Below are positions 19,347-29,326 of a DNA stretch of 64,000 bases, in pieces. A model generated the notes under the pieces. It did not search any database. It had not been told where the DNA came from and worked only from the letters and a program-made list of their open reading frames with translations. The stretch covers positions 2,568,450 through 2,632,449 of the forward strand of contig NC_014962.1 of the NCBI RefSeq assembly GCF_000186345.1. Reading direction: 5' to 3'. Each line of letters opens with the position of its first letter. Position 1 is the stretch's first letter. The DNA comes from Isosphaera pallida ATCC 43644 (GTDB lineage Bacteria; Planctomycetota; Planctomycetia; Isosphaerales; Isosphaeraceae). The translations under genes and the position numbers were made by a program.

Positions 19347-19383
19347 ATCCCAAATGAGAAACCCCACTGTTCTCATTTGGGAT
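19347..19383. terminator. Perfect 14-bp inverted repeat (hairpin), possible bidirectional terminator or operator
   Basis: atcccaaatgagaa / ttctcatttgggat with a 9-nt loop. Lies in an AT-rich spacer between the repeat-protein start and the M28 peptidase stop. Confidence 0.4.
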
Positions 19384-19449
19384 CGCTAGTGTTAAAATGC
19401 GGGATACTGGCAAGAGAGTCAAAGTCACTCGACGATTTTTTGGAAAATT

Positions 19450-20352
19450 TCACGCGGGGTCATTGAGTTGCTGGAGGAGCCAGTGGGTGAGGGTGTGGCC
19501 GACTTGGGCGAGGGAGACGGCGGAACATCGTTGGGGGAGATCGGCGGCGGTGTGCCAGGCGGGGTCGCGGATGTCGATAAGGAGTGCGGCGGGGATGCCC
19601 GCGGCTAGGAGAGGCAGATGATCGTCGAAGACGGCCGGGCCGATTCGGGGTTGGAAGCCGTGTGCGCCGACGGCGGCGGCGGCTTGGAACAAGTCGTGGG
19701 TCAGTTGCGGGGCGTGGATCCAACCGTGGGGTTCGATGAGGATGGTCAAGTCAGGGGCGGCCACGATGTCGATCACCACGGCGGCGGCGTAGGCCGCGAG
19801 TCGTTGGGGAGATTGATGGGCGACGAAGTGCCGCGATCCCAGACAATATACCCCTCGCTCGCCCACCACACGTTCCTCGGCGTCGAAGAAGACCAGATCA
19901 ACGCCTAGCGGGATGGTGGCCTGGGCCAGCCATCCCTCGAGGTGGCGGGCCAGTTCCAGCAACAGCGCCACGCCCGAGCCGCCATCGTTGGCCCCGAGAT
20001 AGCCTTGAGCGCGTCGCGCGGGATCGGGTTCGAGGTCGGGGAAAGGTCGGGTATCGGCATGGGTACCGATGAGGAGGCGTTGGCGAGTCCGGGGTTTCCA
20101 CGAGGCGATGAGATTGGCCGCCTCCAGGAGTTGTCCGTCGAGTGGATCTCTCAGTCGGAACGGCTGTTCGCTGAGGGTAGCTCCATATGACTCCAACCGC
20201 CGCGCGATCCAGCGGCGCTGGGCGTGGGACGGTTCCGACCCGGCGGGCCGGGGGCCGAAGCGCCGGCAGAGTTCAACGAGGTCGGCCAGGGCCGCCTCGC
20301 CGTCGAAAGAGGGGTGAAGCAGCGACCGATTCGCTTCCGGGGAACAACCCAT
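19450..20352 (-). CDS. M28-family Zn peptidase (aminopeptidase / glutaminyl-cyclase-like)
   Basis: GANDGGSGVALLLELAR...VFFDAEE metal-ligand motifs. The ORF track starts at a TTG at 20478 that overlaps prs. ATG 20352 is preferred because the upstream extension has poor codon usage. Confidence 0.65.
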   Translation of the reverse strand: MGCSPEANRSLLHPSFDGEAALADLVELCRRFGPRPAGSEPSHAQRRWIARRLESYGATLSEQPFRLRDPLDGQLLEAANLIASWKPRTRQRLLIGTHADTRPFPDLEPDPARRAQGYLGANDGGSGVALLLELARHLEGWLAQATIPLGVDLVFFDAEERVVGERGVYCLGSRHFVAHQSPQRLAAYAAAVVIDIVAAPDLTILIEPHGWIHAPQLTHDLFQAAAAVGAHGFQPRIGPAVFDDHLPLLAAGIPAALLIDIRDPAWHTAADLPQRCSAVSLAQVGHTLTHWLLQQLNDPA

Positions 20353-20398
20353 TCGGCTGAACTCGCTTGGAGTTAGACGGATCAGATCAGATCGAATT

Positions 20399-21439
20399 TC
20401 AAATTTTGACACCTTCATAACCTTGAAACAAGCGGCTGACGCTCTCGCGGCGGTGGATCGAGCCGATCGCCTCGGCAAACATCGGAGCCACCGAGACGAT
20501 CACGCAGTTGGACGGGATCACCGAAGGGTCGCGTTGGGCGATCGTGTCGGTGATGACGAGTTCCTTGATCGGGCTTTTCTGAACCCGTTCGGCAGTGCCG
20601 GCCGCGAAGACGCCATGAGTGACACAAGCGTAAATCTCCTTGGCCCCGCGCGCCTTGCAGGCGTGAGCCATTTCGATGAGGGTCCCGCCGGAGATGGTGA
20701 AGTCGTCCACGATCACCACGTTCTTGCCCTCGACCGACCCGATGAACTCGAAAATCTCCGCACGTTCGGTATGGTCGCGGCGAGTCTTATTGCCAATAAC
20801 AAGCCCGGTGTTGAGCATTTGAGCAAATTTATATGCTTGCTTGGCGAAACCAACGTCGGGCGAGGCGACCACGAGGTCGGGGATGGCTTTGCGGGCAAAA
20901 TGTTCGACTAGGACGGGCATGGCCAACAGATGATCGACCGGCACCTTAAAGAAGCCTTGGATTTGCGGGCTGTGCAGGTCCATTGTCAGCACCCGGTCGG
21001 CCCCGGCCGCTTCGATCGCGTCAGCGCAGACCCGCGCGCGGATCGAGACCCGCGGTTCGTCCTTCTTATCCCCTTTGGCGTAGGAGAAGTAGGGAATCAC
21101 TGCGGTGACCTGGGTGGCGCTGGCGCGTTTGAAGGCGTCGATCCAGAAGAGCAGTTCCATGAAGTTGTCGTTGACGGGATGTTCGGTTCCCTGAACGATG
21201 TAGACGTCGCGTCCCCGCACATTTTCCAAGATGCGCACGAAGACGTTGCCGTCGGAAAACAGGATGGTTTCGCTGCGTGCCAGTTCGACTCCGAGGTAGC
21301 GGGCGATCCTGAGAGCGAGGTCGTGGCTGGCCTTGCCCGCGAAGATTTTCAGTTCGCCAAAGGGGTCGAACACCTTCTCGCCTCCCTTGGAGGGGTTGGG
21401 AATCGGGAAGGGGGGTTGGGATGCCACCTGGTTGCTCAT
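20399..21439 (-). CDS. prs: Ribose-phosphate pyrophosphokinase
   Basis: Full-length Prs-like protein: N-terminal KIFAGKASHDLALRIARYLG, PRPP-binding VVIVDDFTISGGTL. Confidence 0.9.
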   Translation of the reverse strand: MSNQVASQPPFPIPNPSKGGEKVFDPFGELKIFAGKASHDLALRIARYLGVELARSETILFSDGNVFVRILENVRGRDVYIVQGTEHPVNDNFMELLFWIDAFKRASATQVTAVIPYFSYAKGDKKDEPRVSIRARVCADAIEAAGADRVLTMDLHSPQIQGFFKVPVDHLLAMPVLVEHFARKAIPDLVVASPDVGFAKQAYKFAQMLNTGLVIGNKTRRDHTERAEIFEFIGSVEGKNVVIVDDFTISGGTLIEMAHACKARGAKEIYACVTHGVFAAGTAERVQKSPIKELVITDTIAQRDPSVIPSNCVIVSVAPMFAEAIGSIHRRESVSRLFQGYEGVKI

Positions 21440-21691
21440 CCGTCCACGTCGCCTCGCCTGAAGGGTTCGGGATGCCGGGGAGAGGGTGCGGTCGGACCCG
21501 CCGAGGTGGAAGCCCGTCCCTGGGCATTCGTTGTCGCGTGGCCTGAGGCGCCGCGGGGGTCGCCGCGGGTTCGCTCGATCGTCTCGACGCGAACCGGAGG
21601 GGGAGGTTTATCCTAACGCCCCCCGTTCCTTCTGACCATGACGATCCCTCGTCGCAAAGCGATTGGGAGTCGCCGCGTCCCGCCGGGGTCT

Positions 21692-22873
21692 TCACCACTT
21701 GTCGATGGGACCGGAGGGGACGGGGATGGCAAACTCGTGAGCGGAGGGCATAGGTCGAGTGGGACCGGCCGCCTCGATCGCGTCCATGGTGGTCTCAAAC
21801 TGGGCGACGCTGGAAAGGTTGATGAGTTGGTGATACAGCGACTTAGGCGGACGCAGCGACATGCTGTACCACTTGACGAGCTTGCGAAATTGTAGGCAGC
21901 CGAACCGTTCGCCCCGCAGCGCCACGAGGCGGCGGAAGTGGCGGCGGACCAGATCGACCCGTTCGGCGAACTCCGGCTCGGGACCGGCTTCGCCGGTGCG
22001 GGCCCAATGGTCCAGATGGCGGAAGATGAACGGGTTGGCCAGCGCGCCTCGGCCCAGAGACACCGCGGCGCAGCCGGTCTCGCGGAACATGGTTTCGGCG
22101 TCGTGGATGGTGCGGATGTCGCCGTTGCCGACGACCGGCATCGTCTTGACCGCCTCAACCACTGCCCGGATTCCTTCGCGGTTGACCGGTCCCTTGAACC
22201 CCTGGGCACGAGTGCGTCCGTGAACAACGAGCGCCGCGGCTCCGGCCTGCTCGAAGGCCCTCGCCAGGTCCGGGGCCGACAGGGTATGTTCGTCCCAACC
22301 TAGACGAGTCTTGATCGTCACGGGCACCTCGACCGCCTTGACCATCTCCTCGACCAAACGCGCGGCGTTGTCCACCTCGCACATCAGCGCTGAGCCGCCC
22401 CCAGTTTTGACCACCTTGCGCACTGGGCAGCCCATATTGATATCCACCAGCGTCGCGCCCCGTTCTACCAACCGGGCGGCGGCGGCGGTCATCTCCTCGA
22501 TTTTTGATCCGTAAAGCTGCATGGCGACCGGACGATCCGCGGGGTCGGTTTCGGTCAGTTCCAGGGCGCGTTGGCGGTTTTCCAGGAGGCTTCGGCAGTT
22601 GACCAGGTCGGTGGTGACCAGGCCAAGCCCTCCGCGTTCCCTCACCGAGAGTCGAAAGGCCAGGCTGGTGAATCCCGCCATTGGGGCCAGGAAGAAGCGG
22701 GTGGGGATCGGGATTCCCCCCAGACGCAGAGGCTGCTTGAGGATGGCGGGAGGCGGTGGCAATCGCAACGCCAAGGCCTCATCCCGAGCCCCGGGACACG
22801 GGGGGATGGCGCGATCTGTGACGCGGGCGTTATCCAGTAGGGCGGTCGAGTCGGCGGGAGGGGTCGGCGGCAT
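21692..22873 (-). CDS. dus: tRNA-dihydrouridine synthase (DusB-like)
   Basis: FLAPMAGFTSLAFR, VDINMGCPVRKV and VHGRTRAQGF motifs. Internal ATG (MPPTPPADS) of ORF 21692..22924. Confidence 0.8.
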   Translation of the reverse strand: MPPTPPADSTALLDNARVTDRAIPPCPGARDEALALRLPPPPAILKQPLRLGGIPIPTRFFLAPMAGFTSLAFRLSVRERGGLGLVTTDLVNCRSLLENRQRALELTETDPADRPVAMQLYGSKIEEMTAAAARLVERGATLVDINMGCPVRKVVKTGGGSALMCEVDNAARLVEEMVKAVEVPVTIKTRLGWDEHTLSAPDLARAFEQAGAAALVVHGRTRAQGFKGPVNREGIRAVVEAVKTMPVVGNGDIRTIHDAETMFRETGCAAVSLGRGALANPFIFRHLDHWARTGEAGPEPEFAERVDLVRRHFRRLVALRGERFGCLQFRKLVKWYSMSLRPPKSLYHQLINLSSVAQFETTMDAIEAAGPTRPMPSAHEFAIPVPSGPIDKW

Positions 22874-23040
22874 CGTCGATCCGATCGGCGGGGGAACGAA
22901 ACGGCATGAACTCCACCTTCGCAACGGCGCGGCGAGTCGTTTTGTAAAAAGGTATTGTAGCCGATCCGACCGTCAGTGTCCCGATCGTCCACGCGACCCA
23001 CGATGGGTGCAGTGGAGACGCGGTCGGACGAAAAGGGAGG

Positions 23041-24012
23041 TTAGCGGTGGGGCGGAAGATTTTCCAAGGGGCTGAGTCCCCAACCAAGCTTGTCGCGCAA
23101 GGTCCGATAAAAGCTGTGGCCGGGCAGACGCACCATCGGCAGCGACGAGGCGTCCCGGCGCACCCGCAAACGATCCCCTTTGAGCAGGGGAAACTGACGC
23201 TGACCATCCACCACCGCGACCGCAGCGCGGTCCGTAAGGTTCTCCAGTTCGTAGGTTTTATGGGCGGCATCCACCAAGGGACGCTGAGAGAGCGTAAAGG
23301 GACAAATTGGGTTGACCACGAACATTTGGGCGTCTTGAGGCAGGATCGGTCCGCCCGCGGAAAGGTTGTGGGCGGTGGAACCCACCGGAGTCGCCAAAAT
23401 CACACCATCGCCTCGATAGGTAATCACTCGTTCGCCGTCGATGCGCAAACCAATTTCTAAGATGTGGAACTCGGGTGCGGCACGGATAACCACGTCGTTG
23501 AGTCCACGAAACACTTCGCTTCGTTCGAAGCCTTTGGGATCGCCCGCGAAAGGGATGAGTTCTCCACGGATGGTCATAAGATGGTCGATTCGGAAGCGAC
23601 GGGCCGCCAGGTCGTCCAGTCGGTTGATCAGATCTTCGGGGGTCGATTCTGTGAGGAAGCCCAGGCGTCCCATGTTGACGCCGACGACGGGAACCGGGTG
23701 GCCCGCCATGCGCCGGGAGGTGTGCAGCACGGTGCCGTCGCCGCCTAGAACGAGGGCCACGTCGGCTTTGAGGTCGGAGAGGTCAGTGGAGTCGGAGAGG
23801 TCGATGGGTCCTAGTCGCAGGTCGGGCCGCGCTTGGATCGCCTGGGCGATGCGTTGGGCGTGGTCGTGGACCTGGGGTTTGGAGCCATTGCCCAGAATCG
23901 CCACGACCAGAGGCGGTGGATTAGGGCCGCGTGGGGCGGCGTGGGAATCGTCCGAGTCGGTGTCGTCGTCATCCTGCGTCGGGTTGTTCTGGCCAAGGTC
24001 GTCCCAGGTCAT
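23041..24012 (-). CDS. nadK: NAD kinase
   Basis: GGDGT, NMGRLGFL and ATPVGSTAHNLSAGGP motifs. Confidence 0.85.
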   Translation of the reverse strand: MTWDDLGQNNPTQDDDDTDSDDSHAAPRGPNPPPLVVAILGNGSKPQVHDHAQRIAQAIQARPDLRLGPIDLSDSTDLSDLKADVALVLGGDGTVLHTSRRMAGHPVPVVGVNMGRLGFLTESTPEDLINRLDDLAARRFRIDHLMTIRGELIPFAGDPKGFERSEVFRGLNDVVIRAAPEFHILEIGLRIDGERVITYRGDGVILATPVGSTAHNLSAGGPILPQDAQMFVVNPICPFTLSQRPLVDAAHKTYELENLTDRAAVAVVDGQRQFPLLKGDRLRVRRDASSLPMVRLPGHSFYRTLRDKLGWGLSPLENLPPHR

Positions 24013-24230
24013 GGGTGGTGGCTCAACTCGATTCGACTCGACTCGGTTGGAGTTTGGGGAGGCAGGGTGGGACAGTCACGGGGTTAGGAACAGTCGGATC
24101 GGATCAAGCGCGTCGAGTCGGGACCCGCCTCGTGGAGATCCTAACCGACCACGCTCGTTGGTGGCGAGGGGATCCGGACTGGAACGCGCAAGACGCGAGG
24201 CCGATTAACGGCGGAGAGGGACGAGGGGCC

Positions 24231-26246
24231 TCAGATCGTCATGGCGGTTTCGGCTGGACCCGCGGCGAGTCCAGCGGCTTGATGGTTGGCCGACGCGGTT
24301 GGTGCGGACATGAGGTCGGCGGGATGGGACGGGAATCCCGCGGCGCGGGCGGCCTCCAAAGCGGCACGGACCAAGCCCTCGACATCCAGCCCGACCTCGG
24401 CGAGTTGTTCGTCGCGTTCGGCGTGCATGATGAACCGATCGGGCAGCCCCAAACGGGTGACATGGCGCGTGTCGATACGATGCGCGTTGGCTAGTTCCAG
24501 GACTGCTGCGCCGAATCCACCCATCAGGCAACCTTCCTCGACGGTGATGACAAAGGGAGATTCAGTGAGGGTTTGGAGGATCACGGCTTCATCTAGCGGT
24601 TTGACGAACCGCGCGTTGACCACCCCGACCCGGAGGCCGTGGTCCCGTCGCAGAATCTCGGCGGCCCGAAGCGCGGTGGGAACCTGAGCGCCGAAGACCA
24701 AAAACGTGCCGTCGGGCTGACGGTCCAGCACTTCCGCTTTGCCCAGTTCGATGCGGGGGGGATGGAGGCGTTCGACCACCTCCAGCGCGGTTTTGGGGTA
24801 CCGAATCGACACTGGGCCGTTGTGGGACAGGCCGAAGTCGATCATGGCGGCGACCTCGCCTCCGTCGCCGGGAGCCATCACGACCATGTGGGGGAAGATC
24901 CGCATCCAGGCGATGTCGTAGGTGCCGTGGTGGGTAGGGCCGTCCGAGCCGACCAGACCCGCCCGATCCAGCGTGAACAGCACCGGTAGGTTTTGAAGCG
25001 AGACCTCCTGGAAAATCTGGTCGTAGGAGCGCTGGAGGAAGGTGCTGTAGATATCCACCACCGGACGCGCTCCGGCCTTGGCCATACCCGCAGCGAAGGC
25101 GACCGCATGGCTTTCGCAAATCCCGACATCGAAGAATCGCTCGGGATAGGTGTCACGGATCTTCTGAAGTTTGTTGCCTTCGCACATCGCCGCAGTCAGC
25201 ACCGAGACCCGGGGATCGCGGGCCATCGCCTCGAAGAGTGCGCTGGAGACGGCGTCGGTGAAGGCTTTGGAGGAGGGGGCATTGGCCTTGAGCGGAGCGA
25301 CCGAAACCGTACCGCCCGCCTTTTCGACCTTTTGGAACGGCTGAGGGGCGTGGAACTTGACCGGGTCGGCCTCAGCCGGAGCGAAGCCCCGGCCCTTGTC
25401 GGTGAGGACGTGGAGCAGGACTGGCCCGTTGAGTTTTTTCACCTTCTGAAGGTAGGCCCGCAGGGTCGGCAGGTGGTGGCCGTCGATGGGACCCAGATAG
25501 GTGAAACCCAGTTCCTCGAACAACATCCCGCCGTTGACCGACGCCTTGACCGCGTCCTTGACCGTCTGCATCGTCCGCTCGGCGAAACCGCCCACCAGGG
25601 GCAGGCGGCGAATCCAATCCTTGACGCGACGGTTCAGGTCATTGTAGGTCGGGGCCATCCGAATCCGGTCCAGGTAGTTGGCCAGGCCGCCAACCCGCGG
25701 ACAAATCGACATCTTATTGTCGTTCAGGATCAGCAAAAATGGCCGCTTGAGGCCGCCCGCATTGTTCATGGCCTCGAAGACGATCCCTGAGGGCAGCGCG
25801 CCGTCGCCCACCACGGCGACCGCGAAGGTGTCGGGGCGGCCCATCAGTTCATCGCCTAGCTTGAGCCCCAGGGCTGTCGAGGCGGCGCAACCGGCGTGGC
25901 CAGTCATGAAGAGGTCAAAGTCGGATTCGGCCGGGTTGGGGTAGCCCATCAGCCCCCCCTTGGAGCGGATCGTCTCCAACTGACTGGCGCGGCCGGTGAT
26001 GAGTTTGTGCGGATAAACTTGATGCCCGGTGTCCCAAATCAGTCGATCCCGGGTGAAGTCGAACTCCAAGTGAAGGGCCAGACAAAGCTCGACGACGCCG
26101 AGATTACTCGCAAAGTGGGCCGAGCGGCGGCTAACGACTCGAATCAGCTCCTCGCGCATCTCGCAAGCGAGCTGGTCGAGTTGAGCCTCAGTGAGAGTGT
26201 GGAGGTCGGCTGGCGCGGCGATCCTCGCCAAGAGCGCGCTGGTCAT
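24231..26246 (-). CDS. dxs: 1-deoxy-D-xylulose-5-phosphate synthase
   Basis: 671 aa. TPP-binding GHAGCAASTALG. Typical Dxs N-terminus. Its start overlaps the ispA stop (TGATG). Confidence 0.9.
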   Translation of the reverse strand: MTSALLARIAAPADLHTLTEAQLDQLACEMREELIRVVSRRSAHFASNLGVVELCLALHLEFDFTRDRLIWDTGHQVYPHKLITGRASQLETIRSKGGLMGYPNPAESDFDLFMTGHAGCAASTALGLKLGDELMGRPDTFAVAVVGDGALPSGIVFEAMNNAGGLKRPFLLILNDNKMSICPRVGGLANYLDRIRMAPTYNDLNRRVKDWIRRLPLVGGFAERTMQTVKDAVKASVNGGMLFEELGFTYLGPIDGHHLPTLRAYLQKVKKLNGPVLLHVLTDKGRGFAPAEADPVKFHAPQPFQKVEKAGGTVSVAPLKANAPSSKAFTDAVSSALFEAMARDPRVSVLTAAMCEGNKLQKIRDTYPERFFDVGICESHAVAFAAGMAKAGARPVVDIYSTFLQRSYDQIFQEVSLQNLPVLFTLDRAGLVGSDGPTHHGTYDIAWMRIFPHMVVMAPGDGGEVAAMIDFGLSHNGPVSIRYPKTALEVVERLHPPRIELGKAEVLDRQPDGTFLVFGAQVPTALRAAEILRRDHGLRVGVVNARFVKPLDEAVILQTLTESPFVITVEEGCLMGGFGAAVLELANAHRIDTRHVTRLGLPDRFIMHAERDEQLAEVGLDVEGLVRAALEAARAAGFPSHPADLMSAPTASANHQAAGLAAGPAETAMTI

Positions 26247-27262
26247 CAGCGATCCCTTTCCAACAAAGTTCGTGCCAGGCCAACGAGCCTGGCGGAGCGG
26301 TCACCCAACGGTCTCAAGGCGGTCACGGCCTGATCGACCAGACTCCGCGCTCGTCGACGGCTTTCCTCAACGCCGAGGAAGGCGGGATAGGTCCATTTCC
26401 CCAGCTCGAGATCCTTACCCACCTTCTTCCCGGTTTTGGCCGGGTCGCCGGTGGCGTCGAGGAGGTCGTCTTGAATCTGAAACGCCAGACCCAGGGCGCG
26501 GCCGTATTCATCCAGCGCGGTGGTGAGTTCGGCGTTGGCCCCCGAGGCTGCCGCGCCCATTGTCAGCGAGGCCCTCAGCAGCGCGCCGGTCTTGCGCAAA
26601 TGGATCGCCTCTAACAACTCGACCGAACCCTGCTCGCGTGGGATCGACTCGGCCTGGAGGTCGGCCATCTGACCGCCGACCATCCCTCGGAAGCCGGCGG
26701 CCTCGGCTAGGATGCCCACGCAGGCCGCAGCGCGTTCGGCAGGGCGAACGCCCGCGACCACCGCGCCGAAGGCCAAGGTCAAGAGGCCATCACCGGCCAG
26801 AATTGCTGTGGCCTCGTCAAACTCGACATGGGTGGTCGGGCGTCCCCGGCGGAGGTCGTCGTCGTCCATCGCGGGCAAATCATCGTGAACCAAGGAATAG
26901 GCGTGGACCAACTCGACCGCACACGCCGCGGCCAAGGCGTTTTCAATCGCGTCGTCGCCGCCGACCGCCTCGGCGGCTAACAAGGTCAGCTTGGGACGCA
27001 GGAGCTTGCCGCCCCCCAGGGTAGAATATCGCGCCGCGCGGGCGAGACGGGCGGGGCAGACCCCATAAGGACCCGCCGCGTTCGGATGCTCCTCCACGGG
27101 TGGAAGCAGAGCGTCCAGCGCCGTTTCAATACGCTGGCCCAGGTAGCTTAGGCAATCGACGAGATCTCGCCGCCAGAGGGGAATGGATTCCTTGTCCTCA
27201 CGGGCTCGGGGCGAGACGGAGTCGGCGGTTGGAGTAACGGATGGGGAATGGGTCATAGTCAA
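26246..27262 (-). CDS. ispA: Polyprenyl (farnesyl/geranylgeranyl) diphosphate synthase
   Basis: First and second DDxxD motifs: LVHDDLPAMDDDDLRRG and FQIQDDLLD. Confidence 0.85.
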   Translation of the reverse strand: MTMTHSPSVTPTADSVSPRAREDKESIPLWRRDLVDCLSYLGQRIETALDALLPPVEEHPNAAGPYGVCPARLARAARYSTLGGGKLLRPKLTLLAAEAVGGDDAIENALAAACAVELVHAYSLVHDDLPAMDDDDLRRGRPTTHVEFDEATAILAGDGLLTLAFGAVVAGVRPAERAAACVGILAEAAGFRGMVGGQMADLQAESIPREQGSVELLEAIHLRKTGALLRASLTMGAAASGANAELTTALDEYGRALGLAFQIQDDLLDATGDPAKTGKKVGKDLELGKWTYPAFLGVEESRRRARSLVDQAVTALRPLGDRSARLVGLARTLLERDR

Positions 27263-27584
27263 CGATGGGACGGGGCGGACGACTCATCGTCGTGGAGTCG
27301 GGTTCAGGCGGGTGCCACGTCGGATTCCAACCCCCCTCTATTCGACCCAACCTCATTCGGTCAAACACTCGGGGGATCGGAACGTTCGGTCGCGGCGGTA
27401 TTGTGAGCGACCTGCGGCCCAAAGTCCATCCTTTGCCCGGAAAAGTTCTTGGGATCGCCCAATCAAGCTGGACGCGACCAGCAGAGAGCGAGGCTCGGAC
27501 CTAGCTCTGGACTTCCCCCGGCGTGCTAAAAGGTCCACCTTCATCGAGCAGCCGGGACGCGGCATGGCGCGGGATGGAGGGAGT

Positions 27585-27878
27585 TTACTCCTGGCGGGGT
27601 TCGTCGCCGCTGGCGAACGGTTCCAGACGAGGTTGGCCTTGCTCATCCAAACCGGCCAGAAGATGGACTCGACGCTCGGCTTGGTCCAGCAAGTTTAGGC
27701 AGTGGGCCACCAGTTGGATTCCTTCGGCGTGGCGATGAAGCGCCTCGTCCAGGCTCAGTGTGCTTGATTCGAGAAGTCGGACGGTTTCCTCAAGGCGTTC
27801 CAGTGCTACTTCGAAGCCGGGATGCGCTTCGGAGGCCGAACGAGACAAATCCGGGGACGGCGACGACGAATCGGGCAT
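27585..27878 (-). CDS. xseB: Exodeoxyribonuclease VII small subunit
   Basis: FEVALERLEETVRLLESSTLSLDEALHRHAEGIQLVAHCLNLLDQAERRVHLL matches XseB. Internal ATG (M85) of ORF 27585..28130. Same xseB-ispA-dxs gene order as in E. coli. Confidence 0.75.
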   Translation of the reverse strand: MPDSSSPSPDLSRSASEAHPGFEVALERLEETVRLLESSTLSLDEALHRHAEGIQLVAHCLNLLDQAERRVHLLAGLDEQGQPRLEPFASGDEPRQE

Positions 27879-28083
27879 AACGCGACGCCTTGAGCTGCCG
27901 ACGAGAAAGCCACGCCAACGGGCGTGCCGGGTTGGGCGGTCATCCGGCGACGCTGGGGCGTTGGTCATCCTCAACCGCGGTCGGTCGATCGTCAAGCGGT
28001 CACTCCGCAGGGGGCCGGGTTCGGATCGTCGGCGCGGGATGGTTGGAGGCCGTTTGGTTTTGGTCCGTTCCTGGTTGAGGAAC

Positions 28084-28827
28084 TCAACGCAGGCGCACGA
28101 GTTCCTCTTCCCCGAAGGGAAGTGGCACATTCATCCGCAGAGCGGGATCGGCAAAAAGGCGGGCCGGCACACCGATGTCCGCCAGGTAGACTTCGCCGGC
28201 GTGTCCCTTGACCCCGCGCACGTACAGCCCTTGTTTAGCCAGCGTGCCGCAGAGGGTGGCGTTGGCGTCGATGGCCGGCTCGAAGACCTCGCCGCTGGTG
28301 GCGTCGATGCCGGAGGGCATTTCCCAGGACAGGGTCGGCGTGCTTTTTTGGGCGTTGGCCCAGCGCACTAAAACCGCCTCGCCCTCGCGTGGGGCGGATC
28401 GTTCCAGGGGATCGACGATCGTCTCGATGATGAGCGCGGGCGGCAGCACGTGGCCAACGTTTTCTTGGTCGTCGATGGGAAGATGCATCCGATCGAGGAT
28501 GGTCAGTTGGTTTTGGGTGGCTGCGGGCAATGCTTTGATGTGACCGGCGTGGAACAACGAGACGTTAGCTCCCCAGGCATGCAGACGCCGCGCCGCCACC
28601 GCCCCGACCACGCAACGCGAACCCGGCCCGATTAACACCACCACCGGCTTGCCCCGGGCGTCTCCCTCCAAGAACCGCTTGCGGCCCAGGCGGGCTAACG
28701 CCAAGCCGGAGGCTTCAGCTAACTGGAGCGGATCGAGTTTGTAACCCTGAACCATGAGCCGTTCGACCTCCACGGCCTGCTCGCGGGTCAGGTGGGGCAA
28801 TTCGCCCTTGAAAATCGGCAACGCCAT
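28084..28827 (-). CDS. YjeF_N-like protein with a degenerate nucleotide-binding loop (GPGSRCVVG)
   Basis: LTREQAVEVERLMVQGYKLDPLQLAEASGLALARL...VVVLIGPGSRCVVGAVAARRLHAWGANVSLF follows the YjeF_N pattern, but GNNGGDG is replaced. ATG at 28827 (M44). Confidence 0.5.
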   Translation of the reverse strand: MALPIFKGELPHLTREQAVEVERLMVQGYKLDPLQLAEASGLALARLGRKRFLEGDARGKPVVVLIGPGSRCVVGAVAARRLHAWGANVSLFHAGHIKALPAATQNQLTILDRMHLPIDDQENVGHVLPPALIIETIVDPLERSAPREGEAVLVRWANAQKSTPTLSWEMPSGIDATSGEVFEPAIDANATLCGTLAKQGLYVRGVKGHAGEVYLADIGVPARLFADPALRMNVPLPFGEEELVRLR

Positions 28828-29326
28828 CGGACCGCTCCAACAATCGAAACAACGGGGCGGGAAGGACGCGCGAAGACGCCGAACAGAACAGATCGGAACC
28901 AACAACCACCCCGACGCCTCCCCTTCCCACCCACCTCCTACCTGGCTGACGCCCAACTCCGAACCGACCCAGCGTCAAACCAGATGAGATGGTCCAACAA
29001 TCAACCCGATCTGCGACTAGTTGAAATCGTCCAGGGGACTCCGCCGACCTAGAACGGCCATAGCGTGGGGCTGGTTGGCGAAGGCATGGCTTGGAAAGTC
29101 GCGGCTGTCTCGCACCAGGACCGCGTCTTGGGACGTTTGGCCGTCAATCCCGTTTCGAGACCGACAAGGAGGCGGCGGGGTGCCGATTTGACCAAATCGA
29201 ACTTTGGGACTCGAACACCTCACCTGAAGAGATCGGTTTGGTCCTCGATCCAGCCGGGCGGACGAGCCTCTTCATCAATTTTACCGCGAAGCCGTGTGAA
29301 AGAAAGAGACCGCGGTTGAAACCCGC

